Assembly (NCBI GenBank): GCA_965217775.1
Contig: CBDCJH010000002.1
Coordinates: 64,001 to 128,000 of the forward strand
Reading direction: 5' to 3'
Source of the DNA: Acidobacteriota bacterium
GTDB lineage: Bacteria > Acidobacteriota > UBA6911 > RPQK01 > JAJDTT01
DNA: 64,000 bases
Below the pieces are notes generated by a model, which was not told the origin of the DNA, did not search any database, and worked only from the letters and a program-made list of their open reading frames with translations. The translations under genes and the position numbers were made by a program. Positions 19,117 to 28,921 of this stretch are shown here, piece by piece. Position 1 is the first letter of the stretch. Each line of letters begins with the position of its first letter.

Positions 19117-20331
19117 TCACGAAAACCGGGTGACATTCTCTCTGCCTGCGACCGCCCGAACTGCAGACTCGTCGAGTTCGACGCCCAGACCTGGACCGGC
19201 GGGCACGAGGTACTCGGGGCCGTCGACCTCGAGGGGCCGATCGAGATAGCGGTTGGCAACCGAGAAGACGGCCGGGTTGTACTCGGCGAGCCCGACATTG
19301 CTTGACGAAGCAGCGAATTGCAGGGCCGCGGCAATCTGGGGTCCCATGGCAATGCTGATGTGGGGGACGATCCGAGCGCTGGCGCCGATGTCCCGCGCCA
19401 GGCCGGCCGCTTCGGTGATGCCCCAACGGCCGAGGTCAGGCTGCAACCACTGGACGCAGCCGCACGCCAGGAATGGAGCCAGCTCGTACCGCGTACGATA
19501 GCTCTCGCCCAATGCGATCGGCGTGCGGATTTCAGCCGCCAAATCGGCGTGGTCTGCCGGGGATTCCGGAGCAAGCGGGCATTCAAGCCACAGGGACCCG
19601 CGATCGTCAAGTTTTCTGCCAAAGCCGCCCGCCGAGGCCCCGTCAAGCCGCCAGAGAGCGTCCACCGCGAGGGAAGCCTCCGGCCCCAAGGCTGCGCGCA
19701 GGCGGTCGATGAGATCGAAGAGTTCTTCTTCCGTACGGTCGTAGAACAGCTTGAAGATTCGAAATCCTGCGTCCCAGGCCTCCCGGGCCCGCTCTACTCG
19801 ATCCGCGTTGGTTGCGCCCGGGAGCCCCGAGAGGTAGCACGGAATCCTGCTCTTGGAGGCGGAAGATGACAGCAGGTCCGCGACCGAAGTCCCAAGAGCC
19901 TTGCCGGCCAGGTCCCACAGGGCGATGTCGACTCCGGCGATCGCATCGAGCATGAAGCCGCCCGTCTGACCGCGAACGCGCATGGTCGAGTACATCCGAT
20001 TTCGCAACGACCTCACCGTATCGGGAGAACCGTCGAAATCCTGGCCCTCGACCGCCGGGCGCAGCAATTGATCAATGATCAGGCACGCTATATCCGGAGC
20101 GAGCGGGGCCTGGGCCTCTCCCCATCCGGCCAGGCCTGACTCCAGTGTCACCTTGACCAGCGCGGCTTCGAAATTCACCGAATAGAGCGTGCTGTTCGTT
20201 TCCGACCAGCGGTAATCGAAACCACCGGCCGCCAGCTTGGCGGGTGTACCCGCGGTTCCTGTCACCGCTGCGGCGTCACGCGGCAGCCTGATCGAAAACG
20301 CCTCGATTAAAGCGATTCGATCTACTGACAT
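19117..20331 (-). CDS. Mandelate racemase/muconate lactonizing enzyme family
   Basis: GWGEA, AGVDIALWDL, FKL, VDA, WLECP, GES and QPD enolase-superfamily motifs. Confidence 0.9.
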   Translation of the reverse strand: MSVDRIALIEAFSIRLPRDAAAVTGTAGTPAKLAAGGFDYRWSETNSTLYSVNFEAALVKVTLESGLAGWGEAQAPLAPDIACLIIDQLLRPAVEGQDFDGSPDTVRSLRNRMYSTMRVRGQTGGFMLDAIAGVDIALWDLAGKALGTSVADLLSSSASKSRIPCYLSGLPGATNADRVERAREAWDAGFRIFKLFYDRTEEELFDLIDRLRAALGPEASLAVDALWRLDGASAGGFGRKLDDRGSLWLECPLAPESPADHADLAAEIRTPIALGESYRTRYELAPFLACGCVQWLQPDLGRWGITEAAGLARDIGASARIVPHISIAMGPQIAAALQFAASSSNVGLAEYNPAVFSVANRYLDRPLEVDGPEYLVPAGPGLGVELDESAVRAVAGRENVTRFS

Positions 20332-21233
20332 GGCGGACTGTTCGTCCCCACCAATGATCGCAGAGCAGCAAGCTCCCTCAACCCGTATGCATCAAGCGAG
20401 CGGGTTGGATGGCGGACCATGGCGTGCTCGATAATTCCCGCATGTACGAGATTGTGTTTCATTGCCGAAACGCCCAGTCCGGGCTGCAATTCATACCGGA
20501 TCAGGGGCAGCGCCCGCTGGAACGCGCTCCATGCCGAATCGAACTCGCCGTTCTCAAGCGCGCTCCAGATCGAGCAGTAGACCGAAACCAGGTCGCTGCC
20601 CGGCATGATTCCCCGGGATCCCCGCTGCCACTCCTCGATCATGAACTGCCCGTTCAGTCCTCCGAACAGCGTCAGCGTGTCGCCGGCGGCTTCGAGCGTC
20701 GTGGTGATCTTGGGGGCGGTCGGCGGAGCCTCGATCTTCGCGTACTCCACATGCTCGATTTCACGGGCCATGCGTGCGAGCAGCGCCGGGGGCATAGCTA
20801 CCTGCGTGAGCAGGGGCGCATCCTGCACCATGATCGGAATTCCAACCGCATCGCTGATCGCGGAATAGAAGAACCTCAGGCCGTCCGCATCGGGGCGCAA
20901 GTAGTACGGCGGCAAGACCATCAAGCCTGCCGCACCGAGGCCCTCCGCTTCTTTGCAGGCTTCGACGGCGGCTTCCGTACCGGTGGCGCCAACGCCGGCG
21001 ATCACCGGGGTCCTGCCGTCCAAATGACGCACGATCGCATCGAGCAACCGGCGCTTCTCTGAAGGCAGGAGAGCGTAGCCCTCCCCGGCGTTGCCGAAGG
21101 CGCCGAAGCCGCCCAGGGCTCCGTGCGCGTACAGATGGTCAACGACCCGCAGCAGGCCGGCCACGTCGACCTTGCCGTCGTCCTTGAACGGCGTTACCAG
21201 AATGGGAATGACTCCTTGGAAAGCGTTCTGCAT
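20322..21233 (-). CDS. Dihydrodipicolinate synthase/class I aldolase family
   Basis: GVIPILVTPF, GNAGE, VLPPYY, catalytic YAKIE. Confidence 0.9.
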   Translation of the reverse strand: MQNAFQGVIPILVTPFKDDGKVDVAGLLRVVDHLYAHGALGGFGAFGNAGEGYALLPSEKRRLLDAIVRHLDGRTPVIAGVGATGTEAAVEACKEAEGLGAAGLMVLPPYYLRPDADGLRFFYSAISDAVGIPIMVQDAPLLTQVAMPPALLARMAREIEHVEYAKIEAPPTAPKITTTLEAAGDTLTLFGGLNGQFMIEEWQRGSRGIMPGSDLVSVYCSIWSALENGEFDSAWSAFQRALPLIRYELQPGLGVSAMKHNLVHAGIIEHAMVRHPTRSLDAYGLRELAALRSLVGTNSPPCQ

Positions 21234-21284
21234 CTTTATCGTCTTCGTACCTGAAAAAACAGACGGTCCCTTTCCGTACGCACG

Positions 21285-21321
21285 TGCAGGCGGTCTCGCG
21301 ACCCCGGCATCGGCGGCTGGG
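21285..21321 (+). repeat. 37-bp direct repeat, right copy
   Basis: TGCAGGCGGTCTCGCGACCCCGGCATCGGCGGCTGGG. Confidence 0.85.
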
Positions 21322-21335
21322 AAGCCGCTGCTTCT

Positions 21336-22523
21336 CTACCACATGGACTTCTTGTCCCCCCAAGGGTGACGGAGAAGCTCCTCCTCGCGGAGCTCGGTCC
21401 CCCATCCGGGGCCGGTGGGAACCTTCATCTGGCCGTTGACGACCTCAGGCGCATGGGTCGTCACATCGTCCCTCCACGGAACGTCATCGATGTCGGCCTC
21501 CATGATGCGGACGTTGGGGAGGACTCCGCAGAGGCTGGCGCTCATGAAGGTGGCCAAGTGGCTGTAGTAGTTGTGAGGAGCGATGTTCAATTGGTAGGTC
21601 TCCGCCAGGTCCCCGATCTTCTTGGCCTGGGAGAAGCCGTTCCAGGGCACGTCCACCATGAACACGTCGGCCGCCCGCAACTCGAAGTAGGGGATGAACT
21701 CCCGCATGTAGATCAGGTTCTCGCCGGTGCAGATGGGAGTGGAAGTCGATTCCTTGATGTCCCGAATGGACTGGGGATCGTACATGTCGATCTCCAGCCA
21801 GAGCAGGTCGTAGGGCTCCAAGGCACGGGCGATTCGGCGGCAGGCTTCCGGTTTGAAGTTGAAATTAAGGTCCAGGTTGATGTCCACGTTGGGCCCGACA
21901 GCCTCTCGAAAGCTGGCAATGACGCTCACGATGTGGTCCAGCAACTGAGGCGTGATGGCCTGGTCCGTGGTGCCGGTACCCCGGGCGAATCCGGGAAAGT
22001 AGGCGAACGGAGTATCCCCCGGGAAGATGATGTTGGTCTTCAAGGCGGTGTAGCCCTTCGCCACCACCTCACGGCCCAGGGCGCCCACGTCCGACAGGGT
22101 CCGGAGCGGCTCGCACCCGACATGGCGGTAGTGCGCGGTCCGGGTGGTTCCGCAATGGGACCAGTAGAGGCGGACCTCTTCCCTCAGGGGACCGCCGAAG
22201 AGCTCCACGACGGAGATGCCCAGGGCGCGCGCCTTGATGTCCAGGAGCGCCAGCTCGATGCCGGCGATCCCCTTGGCAGCGATGCCCCCCGGACTCTGGC
22301 GGGTGCCTCGGATCATGTCCCAGAACCGCATCTCGAAGGCCCGGGGATCCTGTCCCAAGAGGAGCGGCTTCAGGTCGTGGACGACGCCCACCACGCCCCA
22401 CGGATTCTTGCCGTCGCTGCACTCGCCGCAGCCGGTCACCCCCTCGTCGGTCTCGATCTTGACGAAGACCCAGGGCCTCCAACCGGCGTCGACGACGAAG
22501 GTCTTGATCTCGGTGATTTTCAT
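21336..22523 (-). CDS. Mandelate racemase family (galactonate-dehydratase-like)
   Basis: MKITEIKTF, VKIETDEGVTGCGE, GIELALLDI, TGEN, APHN, PTGPGWG. Confidence 0.9.
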   Translation of the reverse strand: MKITEIKTFVVDAGWRPWVFVKIETDEGVTGCGECSDGKNPWGVVGVVHDLKPLLLGQDPRAFEMRFWDMIRGTRQSPGGIAAKGIAGIELALLDIKARALGISVVELFGGPLREEVRLYWSHCGTTRTAHYRHVGCEPLRTLSDVGALGREVVAKGYTALKTNIIFPGDTPFAYFPGFARGTGTTDQAITPQLLDHIVSVIASFREAVGPNVDINLDLNFNFKPEACRRIARALEPYDLLWLEIDMYDPQSIRDIKESTSTPICTGENLIYMREFIPYFELRAADVFMVDVPWNGFSQAKKIGDLAETYQLNIAPHNYYSHLATFMSASLCGVLPNVRIMEADIDDVPWRDDVTTHAPEVVNGQMKVPTGPGWGTELREEELLRHPWGDKKSMW

Positions 22524-22664
22524 GGTGATAGTCCCTCGTTTTTGAAAAGGTCCCGAGAGCGTACGCTTGGGAACATTACCCGCGCAAGCCTTGCCGAATA
22601 GGCGGGCGCGGAGCCGGCGCGATCAGATTGACTGCCAACGCCGTGAGTATGCGAACATGGAATC

Positions 22665-22919
22665 ATGAAAACGACCGTCGCACTTGATGAAGCTACCTTC
22701 CGAGAGGCTAAGGTCCTGGCCGCCGACCGTGGGATGACGTTGGAGCAGTTCGTCACTGAAGCGGTCCAAGAGCAACTCCGTCGCTATGACCGCGAAGCCC
22801 ATGATCGAGACAAAGAGCCACCATGGATGGCCGGGTTCGGCAGGCTGGCCGACCTCACGAACGAAAATCGGCGTGTTCTACGTATGATCGAGAAGGAGTT
22901 CGAGGGGCCCGACTCGTAA
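22665..22919 (+). CDS. VapB/CopG-like RHH antitoxin
   Basis: MKTTVALDEATFREAK...PPWMAGFG...IEKEFE; TTGACT-type promoter upstream. Confidence 0.75.
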   Translation: MKTTVALDEATFREAKVLAADRGMTLEQFVTEAVQEQLRRYDREAHDRDKEPPWMAGFGRLADLTNENRRVLRMIEKEFEGPDS

Positions 22920-22927
22920 GACTCGGC

Positions 22928-22951
22928 GTGATCCTCGATGCGATCCCGTGA
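22928..22951 (+). pseudogene. Probable 5' stub of a VapC/PIN toxin
   Basis: GTG ATC CTC GAT (M-I-L-D, the usual PIN start) 8 nt after the antitoxin, then a stop after 7 codons. Confidence 0.45.
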
Positions 22952-23021
22952 TTACCCACAACGCGTTTTCAGACTCGGGCGGTGCGTGCTAATCTGGTTT
23001 CCGCTCAATAGGGGAGATCAC

Positions 23022-23606
23022 ATGGAAAAAGTACTCGTCATTGTGGGAGATGCGACCGAGACCGTGGATACGCTGTATCCGTATTTTCGCCTCCAGGAGG
23101 CTGGCTTCCAGCCCGTCGTCGCGGCGCCGGAGAAGCGCCGTTACAACATGGTCCTGCATGAGATCGGGCCCAACTGGGACATCACCCGGGAGTTCGAGGG
23201 CTACAAGATCGATGCGGACATCGCCTTTCGCGACGTGGTGCCGGAAGAGTACCTGGGCATCTTCTTTTCGGGCGGCCGAGCTCCCGAGTACCTCCGTTAC
23301 GATGAGCACCTGGTAGCCATGACGCGCCATTTCTTCGAGATCAACAAACCGGTGGGCTGCGTCTGCCACGGCGTGGAGATTCCCGCCTACGCCGGCTGCG
23401 TCAAGGGGCGGAGGATGGCCACCGTGCCCAAGTGCAAGTTCGACTTGGAAGTGTGCGGCGGCATCTTCGTCGACGCCGGCTGCGTGGTGGACGGAAACCT
23501 GGTGAGCGGGCGCACCTATCACGACCATGGCCAGTACATGGGGCACTGGATCCGGCTGCTGATCGAGGCTCGCGAGGAGCAGCTTGTCCAGGCCGCGGTC
23601 GGTTGA
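23022..23606 (+). CDS. DJ-1/PfpI family protein
   Basis: GGRAPEYLR, nucleophile-elbow VCHG, VVDGNLVSGR; RBS GGAG before ATG 23022. Confidence 0.9.
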   Translation: MEKVLVIVGDATETVDTLYPYFRLQEAGFQPVVAAPEKRRYNMVLHEIGPNWDITREFEGYKIDADIAFRDVVPEEYLGIFFSGGRAPEYLRYDEHLVAMTRHFFEINKPVGCVCHGVEIPAYAGCVKGRRMATVPKCKFDLEVCGGIFVDAGCVVDGNLVSGRTYHDHGQYMGHWIRLLIEAREEQLVQAAVG

Positions 23607-23607
23607 G

Positions 23608-26001
23608 TTGAGACTCCGCCGGATATCTCTTTCCGCTCTGACGGCGGTCCTCTGTGGCCTGCTCCTGACCGTCGCTTGTTCCTCGGTTCCCGATCTTCCC
23701 AAGGCGCCGACCTACCCTCTGGTGGTGGGCTTCGAACGATTTCACCGGAACGGCGATTCGGGTTCGCTCCAAGGGGGTGAGGTCCTCCTGGGAGAGCTGG
23801 GTTGCACCCATTGCCACCGGTCCGGGGACGCAACCGCCCGACGGCTCATTCCCCGTCAGGCTCCCCTCCTCGACGGCGTGGGCGGCCGGATCCGCCTAGC
23901 TTATCTGAAAGACTTCCTGGCTCGACCTCAAGCGGCCAAGCCGGGGACGCCAATGCCTCATCTCCTGGCGGGTTGGGCGCCGGAGAAGCGGGAAGCGGCG
24001 GCCGAGGCCCTGGCCCACTTTCTCGCCTCCCTGGAGGCGCCGGATCCGGCAGAGTCCGCTCCGGAAGCGAATCCGCACGAGATCGAGGAAGGAGAGCGCC
24101 TGTACCACACGGTCGGGTGCGTCGCCTGCCACGCTCCCTTCGAGCCGGCCGGAACCTTGCATCAGGTGAGTGGCGAGGGGTTTTACCCGGAACGAATCCA
24201 GGTCCCGCCCCCTCGGGTCCCCTCGGTCCCCATTGCGGATCAGTCGTTGAAGACGACTCTGGAGCCGTTGGCCGACTTTCTGGTGGACCCCTTGCGACTC
24301 CGGCCCGCGGGGAGAATGCCTCCCATGCGTCTTTCCAATGCCGAGGCTCGTTCCATCGCCGCCTATCTGTTGGGGCAGGGCACGGACCTCATGGCTCCCG
24401 AAAGCATCAATCCCGACGCGGAAAAGATCACAAGGGGCCACGCCCTCTTTCGGGAGCTGGGTTGTGGCTATTGCCATCGTCTTGAAGAAGAGGAGACCGC
24501 CGCGGCACCGCTCCCGCGGCTTGAGGAGCTGGACCCCGGTAGACCGGGCGGCTGCCTGGACCCGTCGCCCCGGAAGGGGGTGCCCGACTACGAATTGGAC
24601 CCGGACCAGAGGGCCGCCCTCAGCGAGGCGCTGGCCGGACTGAAAGGAACGGTCGGGCGGCTCGATCCGGAGGCCGAGGTCCGGCGCTATCTGGAGATCT
24701 ACAATTGCTTCGCCTGTCACCGGCGGGGAGAGCAGGGTGGACCCGAACCGGGGAGAGCCGCCTATTTCCTGCCGGTGGAGGAGTTGGACATGGGGAACGA
24801 GGGCCGGTTGCCCCCACCCTTGACCGAGGTCGGCCGCAAGTTGACTCCCCCGTGGTTGAGGAAGGTCCTGGAGGGATCGGGCATGGTGCGTCCCTATCTG
24901 ATGGTTCGAATGCCGGACTACGGGACCGCCGCCGAAACCCTGGCGGACGCCTTGATTCGTGCCGACGAGGATCTGCAGTTGCCCGCTACGGATGTCTCCG
25001 GCACCTTGCACCACCACCGGAACCGTTATGGGCGCCGCCTCATGGGCGCCGACGGTCTCAATTGCATCAACTGTCACGGCCTCCACGGACACGCCTCCAC
25101 GGGCATGCCGGCCCTGGACCTGGCAGACACCCTCGAACGCCTCCAACCCGACTGGTTCAAGCGGTACCTCCTGGATCCCGACTCCAGCCGTCCCGGAACC
25201 CTGATGCCCGCCTTCTTCGAAGGAGGGAAGGGAACGTTGGAGGAAGTACTGGAGGGAGACCCGGACAAACAGATCGAGGCCATCCTCACCTATCTGAAGG
25301 AACTGGACCAGACCCGCCTGCCCGTGGGCATGGAGCCGGACGAGTTCTTCGAGTTGGTCCCCGGCGACCGGCCCATCCTCTTGCGGACCTTCATGGAGGG
25401 AGTCGGCACCCACGCCATCGCCGTGGGTTTTCGCCAGGGAATCCATTTCGCCTTCGATGCCTTGGAGGTCCGATCCAAACTCCTCTGGAGAGGCCGGTTC
25501 CTCAACGCCGAGTCCACCTGGTCCAATCGCTTTTCGCCTTTCGTGCACCCCTTGAGCGAAGATCTGGCCAAGCTTCCTGACGTCATGCCTCTGGCGTCTC
25601 TGAAGGACGGCCTGAGCCCTTGGCCCGACCGGAAGGGTAAAGAGGCGGGCTTCCGCATGGGTGGATTCCGGGTCTCACCTTCCGGTGAACCCACGTTCCT
25701 CTACAGCTTTCGGGGAATCGCCGTCGAGGAGCGGCTGATGCCGTCTCAGGAAAGTGCCTGGTTTCGGCGAACTATCGAGCTCACCGGCGACGGCGAATCG
25801 GTCTGGGTCCTGGCAGCACGGGCTCCGAAGATCGAATCCCAGGGCGCGGGACACTATTCTGCCGGCGGCCTCAAGTTCCGACTCCGTGAGCCGGAAGTCT
25901 CCATGGCCGTTCTACGCCGTTCGGGCGGAGCCGACGAGTTGTTGCTGCCGATCCGATTCCGGGAAGGGCGAGCCCGGGTGCAACAGGAGATCTCATGGTG
26001 A
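23608..26001 (+). CDS. Multihaem (five CxxCH) c-type cytochrome lipoprotein
   Basis: CTHCH, CVACH, CGYCH, CFACH, CINCH with MP axial-Met motifs; VAC lipobox. TTG start is uncertain. Confidence 0.85.
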   Translation: MRLRRISLSALTAVLCGLLLTVACSSVPDLPKAPTYPLVVGFERFHRNGDSGSLQGGEVLLGELGCTHCHRSGDATARRLIPRQAPLLDGVGGRIRLAYLKDFLARPQAAKPGTPMPHLLAGWAPEKREAAAEALAHFLASLEAPDPAESAPEANPHEIEEGERLYHTVGCVACHAPFEPAGTLHQVSGEGFYPERIQVPPPRVPSVPIADQSLKTTLEPLADFLVDPLRLRPAGRMPPMRLSNAEARSIAAYLLGQGTDLMAPESINPDAEKITRGHALFRELGCGYCHRLEEEETAAAPLPRLEELDPGRPGGCLDPSPRKGVPDYELDPDQRAALSEALAGLKGTVGRLDPEAEVRRYLEIYNCFACHRRGEQGGPEPGRAAYFLPVEELDMGNEGRLPPPLTEVGRKLTPPWLRKVLEGSGMVRPYLMVRMPDYGTAAETLADALIRADEDLQLPATDVSGTLHHHRNRYGRRLMGADGLNCINCHGLHGHASTGMPALDLADTLERLQPDWFKRYLLDPDSSRPGTLMPAFFEGGKGTLEEVLEGDPDKQIEAILTYLKELDQTRLPVGMEPDEFFELVPGDRPILLRTFMEGVGTHAIAVGFRQGIHFAFDALEVRSKLLWRGRFLNAESTWSNRFSPFVHPLSEDLAKLPDVMPLASLKDGLSPWPDRKGKEAGFRMGGFRVSPSGEPTFLYSFRGIAVEERLMPSQESAWFRRTIELTGDGESVWVLAARAPKIESQGAGHYSAGGLKFRLREPEVSMAVLRRSGGADELLLPIRFREGRARVQQEISW

Positions 26002-27494
26002 CGCGCGCCGGTCTCGTGGGTTGGATCGTTGTGGCGATTGCCGGAGTCCTGCAGGCTCAGGAAGAAGACTACTATCGCATCGTGACCCTCCCCGTACCGG
26101 AAACGGTCCCTTTCGAGGTCAGCGGCCTCGAACGGCTACCGGACGGGCGGATAGCGGCGGCGATCCGCCGGGGAGAAATCTGGTTGTTCGAGGGCGCCTA
26201 CAAGGAACCGCCGGAAGGGCTCCGATTCCGCAAAATCGCCCAGGCGCTCCATGAACCCTTGGGCCTGATTCGCCACGGCGACTCCCTCTATCTGGCCCAG
26301 AGGAGCGAGCTGACCCGGCTCCGGGATCTTGACGGCGACGACGTGATCGACGAGTACCTCACCGTCACCAACGACTGGGGCATCACCGGCAACTACCACG
26401 AATACGCCTACGGCCCCCGGGTCGATGGGGACGGGAACTTCTGGCTCACCCTCAACGCCGCCATCGGGAAGCAGACCGCCGGGGCCGACGCCTGGCGGGG
26501 CTGGGCCGTGAAGGTGACGCCTCAGGGCCGGCTGCTCCCCGTAGCTACGGGTCTGCGATCGCCCTGCGGGATCGGAGTGAACGGCAGCGGCGAAGTCTTC
26601 ACCACCGACCAGCAGGGAGGCTGGGTCGCCACCTGCTCCCTCCATCACTTGGAGGAGGGAGACTTCTATGGACATCCCGACGGTCTCAAGTCGTGCTCTC
26701 TACCCGGCTCTCCAGTCGCCTGTCCGGAACGCATCCCCACTGGAATCACCGTGGTGGAGGCGGCCAAGCAGATTCCGGGATTCAAGTTGCCGGCAGTCTG
26801 GTTCCCCTACCGGAAGATGGGCCGGAGCGCGACCGATCTGGCCTGGGACCAGACGGCAGGCCGGTTCGGACCCTTCCAGGGACAGCTCTTCGTGGGGGAT
26901 TTCACCGACGCCATGATCTCGCGGGTGTTTCTGGAACGAGTGGACGGACAGTACCAGGGAGCCTGCTTCCGCTTCCGGGAGGGATTCCAGAGCGCCGTGG
27001 TCCGCCTGGTCTTCGGCTCCGACGGATCGCTGTTCGTGGGGGAAACCAACCGCGGCTGGAACTCCCTGGGCAGCCGTTCCTTCGGTCTGGAACGCCTGGT
27101 CTGGACCGGCCGCACGCCCTTCGAGGTCCAGGAGATGCGGGCCCTGCCCGACGGCTTTCGGCTCACCTTCACCTGGCCCGTCGACCCGGACCGCGCCGCC
27201 CGGCCCGATTCCTATCGCATCACCAGCTACACCTATCTCTACCATCCCGACTACGGCAGTCCGGAGGTCGAGACCAGGGAACTGAACCTGAAAAAGGCTC
27301 GCGTGGCCGCCGCCGGACGGTCGGTGGACCTGACCGTCGAGGGGCTCAGGCCGGGCTACGTTCACGAGCTCCACTTGCCCGGAATCGTCTCGGTCGAGGG
27401 AGAGGGACTGCTCCATCCGCGGGCGTACTACACGCTGAACCGGATTCCGGCTGTGGATCCCAGCTTAGAGCCGCATACCCGTACTCGACCCTGA
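25995..27494 (+). CDS. PVC-type beta-propeller (glucose/sorbosone-dehydrogenase-like, DUF7133-like) protein
   Basis: Signal peptide, GNYHEYAYG, TGLRSP, DQQG, FGPFQGQLFVGD; overlaps the cytochrome stop. Confidence 0.8.
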   Translation: MVTRAGLVGWIVVAIAGVLQAQEEDYYRIVTLPVPETVPFEVSGLERLPDGRIAAAIRRGEIWLFEGAYKEPPEGLRFRKIAQALHEPLGLIRHGDSLYLAQRSELTRLRDLDGDDVIDEYLTVTNDWGITGNYHEYAYGPRVDGDGNFWLTLNAAIGKQTAGADAWRGWAVKVTPQGRLLPVATGLRSPCGIGVNGSGEVFTTDQQGGWVATCSLHHLEEGDFYGHPDGLKSCSLPGSPVACPERIPTGITVVEAAKQIPGFKLPAVWFPYRKMGRSATDLAWDQTAGRFGPFQGQLFVGDFTDAMISRVFLERVDGQYQGACFRFREGFQSAVVRLVFGSDGSLFVGETNRGWNSLGSRSFGLERLVWTGRTPFEVQEMRALPDGFRLTFTWPVDPDRAARPDSYRITSYTYLYHPDYGSPEVETRELNLKKARVAAAGRSVDLTVEGLRPGYVHELHLPGIVSVEGEGLLHPRAYYTLNRIPAVDPSLEPHTRTRP

Positions 27495-27515
27495 GCCAGC
27501 CGGCCGATCGCTTCG

Positions 27516-28808
27516 TCAGGCGCTCAGAAACCAGGACTCGGGCACCCGGACGAGCTTGATTCTCCGGGTCCTCTTGCCCTCCGTGACCGTGTCGTACTGG
27601 TAGGTCATGAGCACCCTTTTTCCAGAGAAGGCCAGGGAGGGATAGTGGCACCGGATGAAGCCGCTGGGCAGTTTTCCGGCCTTCGGGTTGACCCGGATGT
27701 GGGCCACCGGCGGCGGCGAGACCCTCCCTGCCGGTTGCAGGCCGGGACTGGAGTCCACCGTCTTGAAGTTCTGCCAGGTCTTGCCCTCGTCGGCGGAGGT
27801 GGCCACGGAAAGGCGGGAACGATAGTACCCGCTCCGAATCTCGTCCCCGGTCGTCTGGTTCCAGATTACCAGCAGATGTCCGGAGCCGCGCAGCCGGTCC
27901 AGGTCGCAGGGGACGTCGCCGCTGGAGAGGGCGGTGGGACTCGCCTCATGCCAATTCTCGCCGCCGTCGTCCGAGTGGGCCTGGAAAAAGCGTCCCACCT
28001 TGGTCCTCAAGAGCATGAGGACAGATCCGTCCTTGAGCTCGGTCACCACCGGCTCGGCGGTTCCGCCGAATCCCCCCAGGCTCCTCTCCCCGGGCAGGGG
28101 CCAGACCATGATGGATCCCTTGGACCGCTGCCAGGTCGATCCCCGGTCGTCGGAGAAATAAGCGAAGCAGCCGCTCATCTGAGGCCGGTGGGCATGTCCT
28201 TCCAGTCCGATGGAATGCCCGTCCAGAATCCCCGTGGCCATGGCCTGGCGGGTTTCGGGGTGAAGGCCGTTGAACTGCCAGTAGACGGGCAGCAGCAACC
28301 GTCCCGTGGAGAGCTCGGTCAGTCGACCGAAGGGAACCTGCAAAAAGGCGCCCGACGACCCCGAGCCGGGTCCCGGCAGGTCGATGTCCGATCCCGCCGA
28401 CCAATTCCGGCCTCCGTCCTGGGAAGTGGCAAAGCGGAGGACTCGATGGTCGGCGTGGCGTGCCGGCGCGCCGCTCGGTTCCTCGGCGTAGACCATGCCC
28501 ACGGTTCCCCCCTTGAGCGGAACCAGGTGGTTACGGGTGACGTTCAGGGGTTTTCCCTGCCGCAGCAGCGGGAAGGGTTCTCCCCAGGTCTCTCCGCCGT
28601 CGCGGGAAAGGGCAGCGGAATTGCCCTTCATCAGGGTCAGAATGCGGCCGCCCTCCAGCGCGGCCAGAATTCGTCCGGAGCCCGGGGGCAGCAACCCCTC
28701 GTAGGTGTGTCCGCTGGCGGAGACCTCGGCGGACCCTCTAAGGGCCGCGGCCGCCGCCATGGAGGTTGCCAGAAATCGCCTTCGGGTCAGACTGTTTTTC
28801 TCTTTCAT
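27516..28808 (-). CDS. Tat-exported sialidase-family (BNR/Asp-box) protein
   Basis: TRRRFL; five Asp-boxes (SRDGGETW, SQDGGRNW, SDDRGSTW, SDDGGENW, SADEGKTW); HYPS. Confidence 0.85.
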   Translation of the reverse strand: MKEKNSLTRRRFLATSMAAAAALRGSAEVSASGHTYEGLLPPGSGRILAALEGGRILTLMKGNSAALSRDGGETWGEPFPLLRQGKPLNVTRNHLVPLKGGTVGMVYAEEPSGAPARHADHRVLRFATSQDGGRNWSAGSDIDLPGPGSGSSGAFLQVPFGRLTELSTGRLLLPVYWQFNGLHPETRQAMATGILDGHSIGLEGHAHRPQMSGCFAYFSDDRGSTWQRSKGSIMVWPLPGERSLGGFGGTAEPVVTELKDGSVLMLLRTKVGRFFQAHSDDGGENWHEASPTALSSGDVPCDLDRLRGSGHLLVIWNQTTGDEIRSGYYRSRLSVATSADEGKTWQNFKTVDSSPGLQPAGRVSPPPVAHIRVNPKAGKLPSGFIRCHYPSLAFSGKRVLMTYQYDTVTEGKRTRRIKLVRVPESWFLSA

Positions 28809-28921
28809 CCACTATCTCCCGGTTCTGAAGCGCACAATCACAAATCACAGAGGCAGGGTACGGGTGTCCGCTCCGGCATTGTAGAATGGGCCGCTCCCGA
28901 AAACGAGAGGAATCAGCGACG

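Noticed and set aside
19081-19305. ORF as the toxin partner of the AbrB antitoxin
   Set aside because: Almost entirely antisense to the racemase gene, with no Doc (HPFxDGNKR) or MazF motif.
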